This document shows, piece after piece, positions 45,447 to 53,902 of a stretch of 64,000 bases of DNA. Position 1 is the first letter of the stretch; every line of letters starts with the position of its first letter. Origin of the DNA: a virus; the IMG/VR virus record IMGVR_UViG_3300034069_000900, positions 12,922 to 76,921 of that record. One strand, written 5' to 3'. Both the position numbers and the translations under genes were made by a program. The notes beneath the pieces are model-generated. The model did not search any database, was not told the origin of the DNA, and saw only the letters and a list, made by a program, of their open reading frames with translations.

Positions 45447-45688
45447 CCATGTCCGAGGACCACGCCCTGAAGGCTAATTCACTAAGCTCTGAGACCCTAG
45501 CGGCGATACAGCATCTTTCCGACACAGTCCAGACTGAACACGGCACTCAGAACGGGCAGACCGCCTTATACTGGCACATTCTGCATACCGTCTCTGACCA
45601 CATCGTCTTAGACCGGGCGCCGGCTTCCCCAGAAGCCCTCGAGCGGATGCGTGAGTTCGCTGAGGCGCAGGGCCTGAAATCCTTGTAG
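45443..45688 (+). CDS. hypothetical protein
   Basis: ATGA overlap with the kinase stop. Confidence 0.5.
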   Translation: MTMSEDHALKANSLSSETLAAIQHLSDTVQTEHGTQNGQTALYWHILHTVSDHIVLDRAPASPEALERMREFAEAQGLKSL

Positions 45689-45698
45689 CAGACATCGC

Positions 45699-45727
45699 TT
45701 TACAGCTAACTGAAAAGGCTGTATGAG
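45699..45727 (+). promoter_or_regulatory. sigma70-like promoter with GCTAACTGA spacer motif
   Basis: TTTACA-17 bp-TATGAG upstream of the second helicase. Confidence 0.5.
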
Positions 45728-45766
45728 TTCCCTTATGCCCCGCAGCGGGGCCTGAGGAGAGCCGCG

Positions 45767-47299
45767 ATGAGCGTTCGTTGGTCCACTGAGCAGCAGGCCG
45801 TTTTCCACTTCGTCACCCTCGGCCGCGGCTCCGCCGTCGTCGAAGCTGTGGCTGGCGCTGGCAAGACGACTACTCTGGTCGAAGCCGTCCGCCGTATGAG
45901 CGGCAGCGTGTTCCTCGGCGCTTACAACAAGAAGATGGGCGATGAGTTGAAGCACCGCGTCGCCGACTTGCGCAACGTCAAGGCTTCGACGTTCCACGCC
46001 GCCGGGTACGGCGCCCTCCGCTCCATCCTGCCCCGCGACCATAAGATCGAAGGCAAGAAGCTGCGCAACATCGCGGCTGAAGTCGTGCACAACACCCGGT
46101 TCGCTGGGTACGAGCCCGCTGTCGAAGCCCTCGCCAGCATGGCCAAGCAGCGCGGGTTCTACATCAAGACCCTCGTGCCCGCCCCGGTGCGCGACGAGTG
46201 GTACGACCTGATCAACCGTTACGACATCATGGATAAGCTCCCCGAGGAGGCCAGCGTCGAGGACCTGATCGACTTGACCGTGCGCACCCTGCAACTCAGC
46301 AATGAAGACCTGCGCACCATCGACTTTGACGACATGATATATCTCTGCCTGCTGCGCGGCGCCCGCGTGTTCCAGAACGACTGGGTGCTGATCGACGAGG
46401 CGCAGGACACCAACGCCACCCGCCGTGAGCTCGCCGCGCGTATGCTGAAGCGGGGCGGCAGGTTGATCGCGGTCGGCGACCCCCGGCAGGCGATCTTCGG
46501 CTTCACCGGGGCTGACGGCGATAGCCTCGACCTCATCAAGCAGCAGTTCGGGGCCCAGACCCTGAAGCTCGGCACCACTTACCGCTGCCCCAAGGCTGTT
46601 GTCGCTGCGGCCCGCGAGTACGTCGACCACATCACCCCGGCCCCCACCGCGCCTGAAGGCGAGCACCTCAAGATGACGCTGCGTGAGGCCACCTTGCTCG
46701 TGGCCCCCGGCGACGCCATCCTGTGCCGGTACAATAAGGACCTCGTGGACCTGTGCTTCAAGCTGATCCGCGAAGGCAAGCCGGCTAAGATCGAAGGCCG
46801 CGCCATCGGCGAGAACCTCGCCGCCCTGGCGGGCCGCTGGAAGGTTAGCACCCTGCACGCCCTGGAGACCAAGCTGACCCGCTACGAGGAGCGCGAGGTC
46901 GCTAAGGCGCAGGCCAAGGACGACGAGGCCAAGGTCGAGCGCATCCAGGACCAGTGCGCCACGCTGCGGGTGCTGATGGAGCGCGGTGCCGAGCAGGGCA
47001 TCACCACCGTCGATGGTCTCAAGGCCATGATCAAGTCCATGTTTGACGACGTCGGCGCTAGCCCCCGGCTCATCGTCCTGAGCTCCGTGCACCGCAGCAA
47101 GGGGCTGGAATGGCCACGCGTGTTCGTCCTGGGGCGCCGGCAGTATATGCCCTCGCGCCGCGCTAAGCAGGCTTGGCAGCAGACACAGGAGCTGAATTTG
47201 TGCTATGTTGCTCTCACCCGGAGCCAAAACGTTCTAGTCGATGTAGACCTGCCCACGAGCGAGCAAAATGCTATTAAGCAAGTTCCTAAAGCTGCTTGA
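45767..47299 (+). CDS. second UvrD-like SF1 helicase
   Basis: STEQQAVF, EAVAGAGKTTTL, AYNK, ASTFHAAG, LIDEAQD, AVGDPRQAIFGF, SSVHRSKGLEW, YVALTRS. Confidence 0.92.
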   Translation: MSVRWSTEQQAVFHFVTLGRGSAVVEAVAGAGKTTTLVEAVRRMSGSVFLGAYNKKMGDELKHRVADLRNVKASTFHAAGYGALRSILPRDHKIEGKKLRNIAAEVVHNTRFAGYEPAVEALASMAKQRGFYIKTLVPAPVRDEWYDLINRYDIMDKLPEEASVEDLIDLTVRTLQLSNEDLRTIDFDDMIYLCLLRGARVFQNDWVLIDEAQDTNATRRELAARMLKRGGRLIAVGDPRQAIFGFTGADGDSLDLIKQQFGAQTLKLGTTYRCPKAVVAAAREYVDHITPAPTAPEGEHLKMTLREATLLVAPGDAILCRYNKDLVDLCFKLIREGKPAKIEGRAIGENLAALAGRWKVSTLHALETKLTRYEEREVAKAQAKDDEAKVERIQDQCATLRVLMERGAEQGITTVDGLKAMIKSMFDDVGASPRLIVLSSVHRSKGLEWPRVFVLGRRQYMPSRRAKQAWQQTQELNLCYVALTRSQNVLVDVDLPTSEQNAIKQVPKAA

Positions 47300-47846
47300 A
47301 GATATACCCCGCACGGGGCCCAAGGGCTGCCAGGAGTGGCCCTTGGGTAAGTTTAATGATGGCTATGGGGGTGTGTCCATCGGTGGTGTGCGGGGTACGC
47401 AGAAAGCTCATCGTGTGTCTCTGAGCCTGAAACTCGGTAGGCCTCTGCGGGAAAATATGCTGGCTCTGCATACCTGCGACAACAAAGGCTGTGTCTGCCG
47501 AGATCACTTGTATGAGGGTACTCACTCACAAAATAGCATGGATGCACTGACGCGAGGGCAGTACCCTAAAGGGGCGCGGCATGGCACAAAAACCAAACCT
47601 GCCAGAGTACCTCGAGGATTAAACCACGGCTGTATGCGATCCAGGGGTAAGTTTTCGAAGCTGAGCGACGAAGATATCCTCGAGATAGGGCGCAGCTACT
47701 TGGAGGGAAACATAACGCAAGCCACATTGGCCACACGTTATGGGGTCAGTCGACAAACCGTGCAACGTATAGTCCGTGGAAAGTCATGGAAGCTTGTCGG
47801 GGCCGCCATTTCCACGCATAGGATACCTCGGAGAGGGATTGCATGA
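47268..47846 (+). CDS. HNH endonuclease with C-terminal HTH
   Basis: CQEW, GYGGV, KAHRVS, ALHTCDNKGCVCRDHL.EGTHSQN; ATLATRYGVSRQTVQRIVRGKSW. Confidence 0.85.
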   Translation: MLLSKFLKLLEDIPRTGPKGCQEWPLGKFNDGYGGVSIGGVRGTQKAHRVSLSLKLGRPLRENMLALHTCDNKGCVCRDHLYEGTHSQNSMDALTRGQYPKGARHGTKTKPARVPRGLNHGCMRSRGKFSKLSDEDILEIGRSYLEGNITQATLATRYGVSRQTVQRIVRGKSWKLVGAAISTHRIPRRGIA

Positions 47847-47956
47847 GCCAGAATACGATAATCACCGTAGCGTGCATAGCGAGCGTCACGGCCCTCGCTC
47901 TGGGCGGGGTGCAGGAGTGGTATATACTGCTCATCGCCCTCATATTCCTCACGTAG
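47843..47956 (+). CDS. 37-aa membrane peptide
   Basis: MSQNTIITVACIASVTALALGGVQEWYILLIALIFLT; ATGA overlap; read by hand. Confidence 0.45.
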   Translation: MSQNTIITVACIASVTALALGGVQEWYILLIALIFLT

Positions 47957-47966
47957 AAGGTGCGTC

Positions 47967-48455
47967 ATGGCACAGATACAAGACATCGAGGCCTCCACAA
48001 AGCCGTGCAGCAAGTGCAAGCATGTGTGGCCTGCCCAAGAGTTCCCGGAAGGCAGCATACAGCGCATCGATTACGCGCGGTGCGCTAAGGAAGGGTGCTT
48101 CTGCACGACGGCGCGGGGCTCGCTGGGGGATTGCGGCAAGAAAGCTAAGTTCTGGGACCCTGTGAACGAGGAGGATAGACCGATGGCCAGCTACGACCCC
48201 GATACGCATGATGCGATACCGCTGCCCCTGTGCTTTGTGGGGCTCGGTGGCGTCGTGTTCACTGGGATTGTTATACTCGTTTGGCTGCTCGGCGCGCTGT
48301 TCGGATCTTCGACTACGGAGAGCCCGGCGGAAGCTAGGTGGCGCACCAAATACTACGAGCTCGCGTGCAAGTCACGCGGGCTAGTGCTCAACGTCCAGAG
48401 CACGTACATCGTGTGCATGGACCCTAAGTCCAAAGCCATGTATGAGATAGAGTAA
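47967..48455 (+). CDS. Cys-rich plus TM protein with probable internal start at 48183
   Basis: N-terminal CxxC...C.C...C; GAGGAGG SD before the in-frame ATG 48183; the C-terminus is paralogous to the next gene. Confidence 0.6.
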   Translation: MAQIQDIEASTKPCSKCKHVWPAQEFPEGSIQRIDYARCAKEGCFCTTARGSLGDCGKKAKFWDPVNEEDRPMASYDPDTHDAIPLPLCFVGLGGVVFTGIVILVWLLGALFGSSTTESPAEARWRTKYYELACKSRGLVLNVQSTYIVCMDPKSKAMYEIE

Positions 48456-48469
48456 GGGGGGTTGGAGCT

Positions 48470-48739
48470 ATGGCAGTGACATGTGAATACGATCTGGAAA
48501 CACATACGGTAGTGAGGGATATAATCCTGTATCCGGGGGTGTTTCTAGCGATATCCGGGGTAGCCCTATGGATATTGATCCTATTCGCACCCCGGCCCAC
48601 AGAGAATGCGGATACAAAGAATTGGCGCACCAAATACTACGAGCTCTCGTGCCGCAGCCGTGGCCTGGAGCTCAACACCCGCAATTATAACAATTACTGC
48701 ATGGACCCCAAGTCCAAAGCGCTGTACGAGGTTGACTGA
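48470..48739 (+). CDS. small TM protein, paralog of the upstream C-terminal domain
   Basis: WRTKYYELSCRSRGL...CMDPKSKALYEVD. Confidence 0.65.
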   Translation: MAVTCEYDLETHTVVRDIILYPGVFLAISGVALWILILFAPRPTENADTKNWRTKYYELSCRSRGLELNTRNYNNYCMDPKSKALYEVD

Positions 48740-48920
48740 ATGAACGTGAAGCCCTTGTAGCTTCGCGCTACGAAAGGAGGTGATGTCACTTGACCGGGGC
48801 GCCGCTCCCACGCACAGATACATTGATATTCGCCCCGGCAGCCTGTGCGAGTGCTGCCGGGGCGATTTACGTACGAGCGTGACTGCGGTAAACTGAACCG
48901 AGTTCGTTGGAGTTACGGCA

Positions 48921-49454
48921 ATTCAGGTTTTTGTGCCAGAGGTCAGTTTCCCGCACAGCGTCGCCGTGTTGGATAATCGCCGCCTCAACAAGCAGATCAC
49001 TGAAGCGATACAGCTGCTCAACGCCATGCGGCGCCTGGATGAGCGGGACGCAGCCCTCGTGGCCGGGGCTGCTACAGCTAAGGGCGCTGTAGAACAATTT
49101 AAGCGGATCGGGTGGTCGGCGCACCCCGCACTCATCGCATGGCGGGGATATGCGCCGGCCCTGGCGTTGTACACTACGTTCGCTATCCGTGAGTGGCTCA
49201 ACCGGGGGTTCAACAACAACCGTCCCCCGCCTTACGATGCTGACTGGCAGCCCAATCCAGCTGCGGAGTACGCCGGGCAGCTACCCCCGGCCGCTGAAGT
49301 GGTGCTACCCCCCTGGCTGGGCGATAACCTCATCCACGCTACGCACCGCTCCAATCTGCTCCGCAAGGAGCCTGTGTGGTACGAAGCTTACGGGTGGAGC
49401 GAAGGGCCGGATCTAGCGTACATCTGGCCCGATCCCAAAGATTACAATTTCTAG
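48921..49454 (+). CDS. pyrimidine dimer DNA glycosylase / endonuclease V-like (MSMEG_6728-type) protein
   Basis: [28 protein letters not shown]...[14 protein letters not shown]. The start is probably ATT 48921 (ORF track: GTG 48933). Confidence 0.82.
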   Translation: MQVFVPEVSFPHSVAVLDNRRLNKQITEAIQLLNAMRRLDERDAALVAGAATAKGAVEQFKRIGWSAHPALIAWRGYAPALALYTTFAIREWLNRGFNNNRPPPYDADWQPNPAAEYAGQLPPAAEVVLPPWLGDNLIHATHRSNLLRKEPVWYEAYGWSEGPDLAYIWPDPKDYNF

Positions 49455-49522
49455 CAGATTCCTTTACGCTACCCCCGCACGAGGGTAAGCTTGCGCCGTA
49501 CACAGCAGCGGAGAGACGAGTC

Positions 49523-50599
49523 ATGGGCAAGGTACGGGTCGCTATTGCGGGCGTCGGCAACTGCGCAAACTCTTTCGTACAGGGGCTCAACTATTACGGT
49601 ACTCACCCGGAAGCGGACGGCTCTATCACCCCGGTCATCGGGGGTTATACGGCCGCTGATGTGGAGGTCGTCGCCGCCTTCGATGTCGTGGAAGGTAAGG
49701 TCGGCAAGTGCCTTGTAGACGCGATATGGGCCGCGCCCAACGATACGATTCATTTCCAGCCTGACTGGCCCAGCGCAGATGGTCCTATCGTTCAGCGCGG
49801 TGAGACGCTCGACGGTCTGGGTCGGTACATCCGCGAGGTTGTGAAGGAGTCCTCCGAGACCCCCTGTGACGTGGCCCAGGCACTCAAGGACAGCGGCGCT
49901 ACGGTTCTCGTCAACTACATGCCTGTCGGCAGCGAGCTCGCCGCGCGGTACTACGCGGAAGCTGCCCTCAAAGCGGGCTGCGCTTTCGTCAACTGCATGC
50001 CCGCTTTCATCGCCAGCACTCCGGAGTGGGAGGAGCGCTTCATCGCTGCGGGGCTGCCCATCATTGGTGATGATATCAAGAGTCAGGTGGGCGCGACCAT
50101 CGTGCACAGAGTGCTGGCCAACCTGCTGCACGCCCGCGGCGTACGCCTGAAACGCACCAGTCAGCTCAACGTGGGCGGCAACAGCGACTTCCTGAATATG
50201 CTGGAACGCGACCGTCTGCAATCTAAGAAGATCAGCAAGACGCAGGCAGTGACTTCCGCCGTGGGTGGGGCGCCGCTGCCGGCCCGTGACGTGCACGTCG
50301 GGCCGAGCGACTATGTGCCCTGGCTGACGGACCGCAAGTGGGCGCACATCCGGCTGGAGGGCGAAGCCTTCGGCGGCGTGCCGCTCAACATCGAGCTCAA
50401 GCTAGAAGTCTGGGATAGCCCCAACTCGGCCGGGGTCGTGCTGGACGCCGTGCGCTGCGCCCAACTCGGCCTGGACAAGGGGCTTAAGGGCGCGCTGACG
50501 GTGCCGTGTGCTGCTTACATGAAGTCCCCGCCCACGCAGATGGATGACGGCGAAGTCGCCGCGCTGATGCAGGATTACGCCGGGAAGGCTTGGGAGTAG
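49523..50599 (+). CDS. ino1: myo-inositol-1(3)-phosphate synthase
   Basis: [84 protein letters not shown]. Confidence 0.95.
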   Translation: MGKVRVAIAGVGNCANSFVQGLNYYGTHPEADGSITPVIGGYTAADVEVVAAFDVVEGKVGKCLVDAIWAAPNDTIHFQPDWPSADGPIVQRGETLDGLGRYIREVVKESSETPCDVAQALKDSGATVLVNYMPVGSELAARYYAEAALKAGCAFVNCMPAFIASTPEWEERFIAAGLPIIGDDIKSQVGATIVHRVLANLLHARGVRLKRTSQLNVGGNSDFLNMLERDRLQSKKISKTQAVTSAVGGAPLPARDVHVGPSDYVPWLTDRKWAHIRLEGEAFGGVPLNIELKLEVWDSPNSAGVVLDAVRCAQLGLDKGLKGALTVPCAAYMKSPPTQMDDGEVAALMQDYAGKAWE

Positions 50600-50603
50600 C
50601 ACC

Positions 50604-51632
50604 GTGGCACTGATCAAACCTATCGACAACGACCACCCTGGCGACTGGCATCACGAGCGCTTCATCGAGTTCGCCGCGGCGAAGGCAGCAATCAATGAGC
50701 CAACCCCGCACATGGGGGTGGTGACCTGGATGGTGCGGGGGCAACCCGAACCCGAAGCGATATGGCGGGCGGGGCTATACCTCGCCGCCTACTCAGTTCT
50801 GACCGGGGAGGGCATCTGGTCCTCCTGGTCGCACGAGCAGATCGCGGCGGACCCGGCGGGCAAGGCGTTCGTACCCTGGCTGGCCGACCACTGGCCGGGG
50901 GTGCATACTCGCAAGCCCCGGCGGTGCGTGCGCACCGTGCGCCAGTTCAGCCAGTGCGCCCTCGGCTTCGCGGACTGGGCCCGCGACGAGTTCCCCCGCA
51001 TGCGGGACGCGCGCTGGGCTAATCCGGAAGAAGAGTACGATGCGTGGTGGAAGTCGGCCAATAGCATCCCGTACTTTGGGCGCTATGTCAGTATCCGCCT
51101 GCTCGAGCTCATGCGGCGATGGGGGCATATGCGGGCCAATCTGTACGACATCCGGGCCGTGGGGGCGCACAGCCCCATCCGGTGCTTGATGCTGCTACGG
51201 CCCGATCGAGTCGCCGACCTAGCCACAGGCGACGCCCGCACTGTCAACGCTATCGCCGGGGAAGTGCTGGACGAGCTGAAGGGTATGGGCATGAATATGT
51301 CCCACTTCACGTATGCGACACTGCTTTGCGAGTACCGGTCGAACTATGAAGGCGGTACGGATTACGCCGGCAACCAGCACGACGAGGAGCTCGAATATTC
51401 GTTGAGCCGATACGCCGACTTCTGGCGAGAACGGGGCCTCAAGTCGCAGCTGTATGAAGCCCGCGCCGCGATTGACCCGCATGAGTGTCTGGGTGAGATA
51501 CAGGGTTGGACCAAGCGGCGCCTGGACGTGGCGGGGTGGCTGCGTACCCGCGGCATCGTCTGGGACGACACGAAATACGATTATCACAAATCTATCGCGG
51601 CGGATGCGCCCGTACTGAGGGTCATGGCATGA
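50604..51632 (+). CDS. amino acid:DNA transferase-like (aGPT-Pplase clade 2/3) DNA-modifying enzyme
   Basis: IPYFGRYVSIRLLELMR (HhH-like) and TYATLLCEYR...Y.G..D; context with 5-hmdU kinase and hydroxymethylase. Confidence 0.68.
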   Translation: MALIKPIDNDHPGDWHHERFIEFAAAKAAINEPTPHMGVVTWMVRGQPEPEAIWRAGLYLAAYSVLTGEGIWSSWSHEQIAADPAGKAFVPWLADHWPGVHTRKPRRCVRTVRQFSQCALGFADWARDEFPRMRDARWANPEEEYDAWWKSANSIPYFGRYVSIRLLELMRRWGHMRANLYDIRAVGAHSPIRCLMLLRPDRVADLATGDARTVNAIAGEVLDELKGMGMNMSHFTYATLLCEYRSNYEGGTDYAGNQHDEELEYSLSRYADFWRERGLKSQLYEARAAIDPHECLGEIQGWTKRRLDVAGWLRTRGIVWDDTKYDYHKSIAADAPVLRVMA

Positions 51633-52102
51633 GAGCGGGTGCAGCAGAAATCAGCCCCGGTAAGTTGTATCAGCGCGGCAACTTCCTCAAATGGCCCTAC
51701 GCCCAGAAGCACCGGCTGCTGACCACCTTGGGCGTGACCATGGTGGTCAATATGTGGGGCAAGGTGGACCCGGACCTCTCTACAGAAGACCAGGGGCGTA
51801 CGTACCTCAACTGGCTGTGCTCACCTTCTAGCGTGCCCCCGAACGCCGACCTGTACATCCAGTTTATAACCGATGCCATGAAGGCCGGGCACAATGTGCT
51901 TGTGCACTGTGAAGCTGGCCGGGGGCGGAGCGTGTGGATGGCGGCCCGGCTGCTGGCCGCCTACGAAGGTATCCCCAAGCGCGAGGCCCTGGCGCGGGTG
52001 CAAGTCGCCGTGCCGGGGCACAAACTGACGCCCACCCTGCGGGCTGATTTGGAGAGTGATGATGCCGCTGATACAGATACGCGGAACAAATGGCTCGGGT
52101 AA
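51629..52102 (+). CDS. dual-specificity/PTP-like phosphatase (CX5R)
   Basis: VLVHCEAGRGRS; ATGA overlap with the transferase stop. Confidence 0.85.
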   Translation: MRAGAAEISPGKLYQRGNFLKWPYAQKHRLLTTLGVTMVVNMWGKVDPDLSTEDQGRTYLNWLCSPSSVPPNADLYIQFITDAMKAGHNVLVHCEAGRGRSVWMAARLLAAYEGIPKREALARVQVAVPGHKLTPTLRADLESDDAADTDTRNKWLG

Positions 52103-52631
52103 GACGTACCTGATCAACAAGTTGATCAGCGAGCTCGGGCCGCCGGATGGCGAGCACAAGTTCGAAAATGGCAAGTTTGCTGCGAGCCTATGGTCGCAGC
52201 AGAAGATTGCTATCTTCGGCAAGTACACAAATGCCTGCGGGGGCTGCGACGGCTTCAGTTGGCCGGGGGCTGCGGAAGACATGGAGCGCGAGATCGTAAA
52301 GCTTCACGATGAGGGTTATACCTCAATCGTCGAGGGCCTGACTGTGAGTTGCTGGGGCCTCGCGCGGTTGCAGCGCCTCAAGCCACTCGGGCTGCACGTA
52401 CTCCAGCTCAACACCCCGTTTGAGGACTGCTTCAGTGCGATCCTCGATCGTCGGGCGGCCAAGGCCGCGAGCAAAGGTCAGGAGCCTAAGCCCCTGGACC
52501 GCAAGAACCCCTGGCGCAAGTTCACGGGTCTATTAAGTGTCATGCCGTTCCACCGTAAAGGGGGTATTGAGATAAACGAGTATAGTCGGGACGAGGCTGC
52601 CGTAGAGTTGCGGCGCGTATTGAGCCTTTGA
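52056..52631 (+). CDS. P-loop kinase of thymidine-modification clusters
   Basis: IQIRGTNGSGKT, GKYTNACGGCDG, SIVEG. Confidence 0.78.
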   Translation: MMMPLIQIRGTNGSGKTYLINKLISELGPPDGEHKFENGKFAASLWSQQKIAIFGKYTNACGGCDGFSWPGAAEDMEREIVKLHDEGYTSIVEGLTVSCWGLARLQRLKPLGLHVLQLNTPFEDCFSAILDRRAAKAASKGQEPKPLDRKNPWRKFTGLLSVMPFHRKGGIEINEYSRDEAAVELRRVLSL

Positions 52632-52698
52632 TCTATTTGCTCTGCGAAGGGTTAGATGCGATATTGACTATCGCCGCCCTTTGCAGAGTAGATGAGCG

Positions 52699-53718
52699 AT
52701 GTACGTCATTCCGTGCCGAAATGTAAACGACGCGTGGCCTGAAGCCATCAACGTCATCCAGCGCAACGGCACCCGCCAAGATACCCGCAACGGCCCGGCC
52801 CTCGTCGCCCCGTTCCCGGTCTGTACGATGTACACCCACCCTACCGAGTGCGTCCTCCTGGACCCTATACGGGATAGCAACCCGTTCTTCAGCGTCATGG
52901 AGTCCTTGTGGATGCTGGCGGGGCGGGATGACGCGACTTTCCTGGACCAGTTCGTCAGTGACTTCAGCGCGCGGTTTGCCGAGCCCAACGGGCGGATGTA
53001 CGGGGCGTACGGGTATCGGTGGCGCAACAATTTCTTGCTGAACGACTCCACGGACACAGCCACCGATCAGCTAGATGCTGTCGTGGACATGCTGTGGCGC
53101 GATAAGCAAACCCGACAAGCTGTCATTCAGATGTGGGACCCCGAGCTAGACTTGGGCCCGCACATCGTAAAGGACCGCCCATGCAACCTAAGCATCAGCC
53201 TGCGCGCTGACCGGGGTGTGCTGGACATGCTGGTCAACTGCCGCAGCAACGACATCGTTTACGGGGCGTATGGCGCTAATGCCGTGCACTTCAGCTTATT
53301 ACAGCAGTACCTCGCCGCGCGTATCGGCATACCAGTGGGCATCTACCATCAGGTCAGCTTCAACTGGCATATGTATGAGAACACCACTGACCATGTGGAC
53401 CGGGGGGCCGCCTTGCTGAGCGCGCAGGAACCCTACCCCGGCACCGTGCCGCTGGTGGACCACCCTGAGTCGTTTGATGAGGAGCTCGACCTGCTGCTGG
53501 CGGGTAGCCCGTGGGAACACCATGAGGGGCAGTTCCGAAACAAGTTCCTAAGCGACACGGCGCTGCCGCTGTGGCGGGCGAACAGCTACCGACGTGAGAA
53601 GCAGTACGACAAGGCCCTGGCTACCGCCTCCACCATCCTAGCTCCGGATTGGCGGGCCGCAGCTGTGGCGTGGTTGCAGCGCCGGGCCGCGCGGCATGAG
53701 GAGAAGCAGCATGGCTGA
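52699..53718 (+). CDS. thymidylate synthase-like dUMP hydroxymethylase
   Basis: NPFFSVMESLWMLAGR, YGAYGYRW, DQL, TRQAVIQMW, DRPCN, RSNDIVYGAYGANAVHF, SFNWHMY. Confidence 0.85.
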   Translation: MYVIPCRNVNDAWPEAINVIQRNGTRQDTRNGPALVAPFPVCTMYTHPTECVLLDPIRDSNPFFSVMESLWMLAGRDDATFLDQFVSDFSARFAEPNGRMYGAYGYRWRNNFLLNDSTDTATDQLDAVVDMLWRDKQTRQAVIQMWDPELDLGPHIVKDRPCNLSISLRADRGVLDMLVNCRSNDIVYGAYGANAVHFSLLQQYLAARIGIPVGIYHQVSFNWHMYENTTDHVDRGAALLSAQEPYPGTVPLVDHPESFDEELDLLLAGSPWEHHEGQFRNKFLSDTALPLWRANSYRREKQYDKALATASTILAPDWRAAAVAWLQRRAARHEEKQHG

Positions 53719-53893
53719 GGAGCGTTGCCCATACTGTCACAGGACCCCGCAGGAGCTCGGCCGAGTGCCCTGCCAGGGCCGGCACACTGCCGCCCGCAAC
53801 GGCCGCACGGACCCGCTGTGCGCTGAGCAATACGTCCGCCAGGGGTGGCGGGCCCTGCAACGGCTGCCGGCCGTCACAAGCCCTGAAAGCTAG
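53711..53893 (+). CDS. small Cys-rich hypothetical protein
   Basis: CPYC...PC...LC; overlaps the upstream stop. Confidence 0.45.
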   Translation: MAEERCPYCHRTPQELGRVPCQGRHTAARNGRTDPLCAEQYVRQGWRALQRLPAVTSPES

Positions 53894-53902
53894 GAGCCCC
53901 GC

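Noticed and set aside
45608-47227. 539-aa ORF on the - strand
   Set aside because: Antisense shadow of the strongly codon-biased helicase; no recognisable motifs. The same applies to 6708-7736, 24023-25381, 49469-50347 and 61898-62761.
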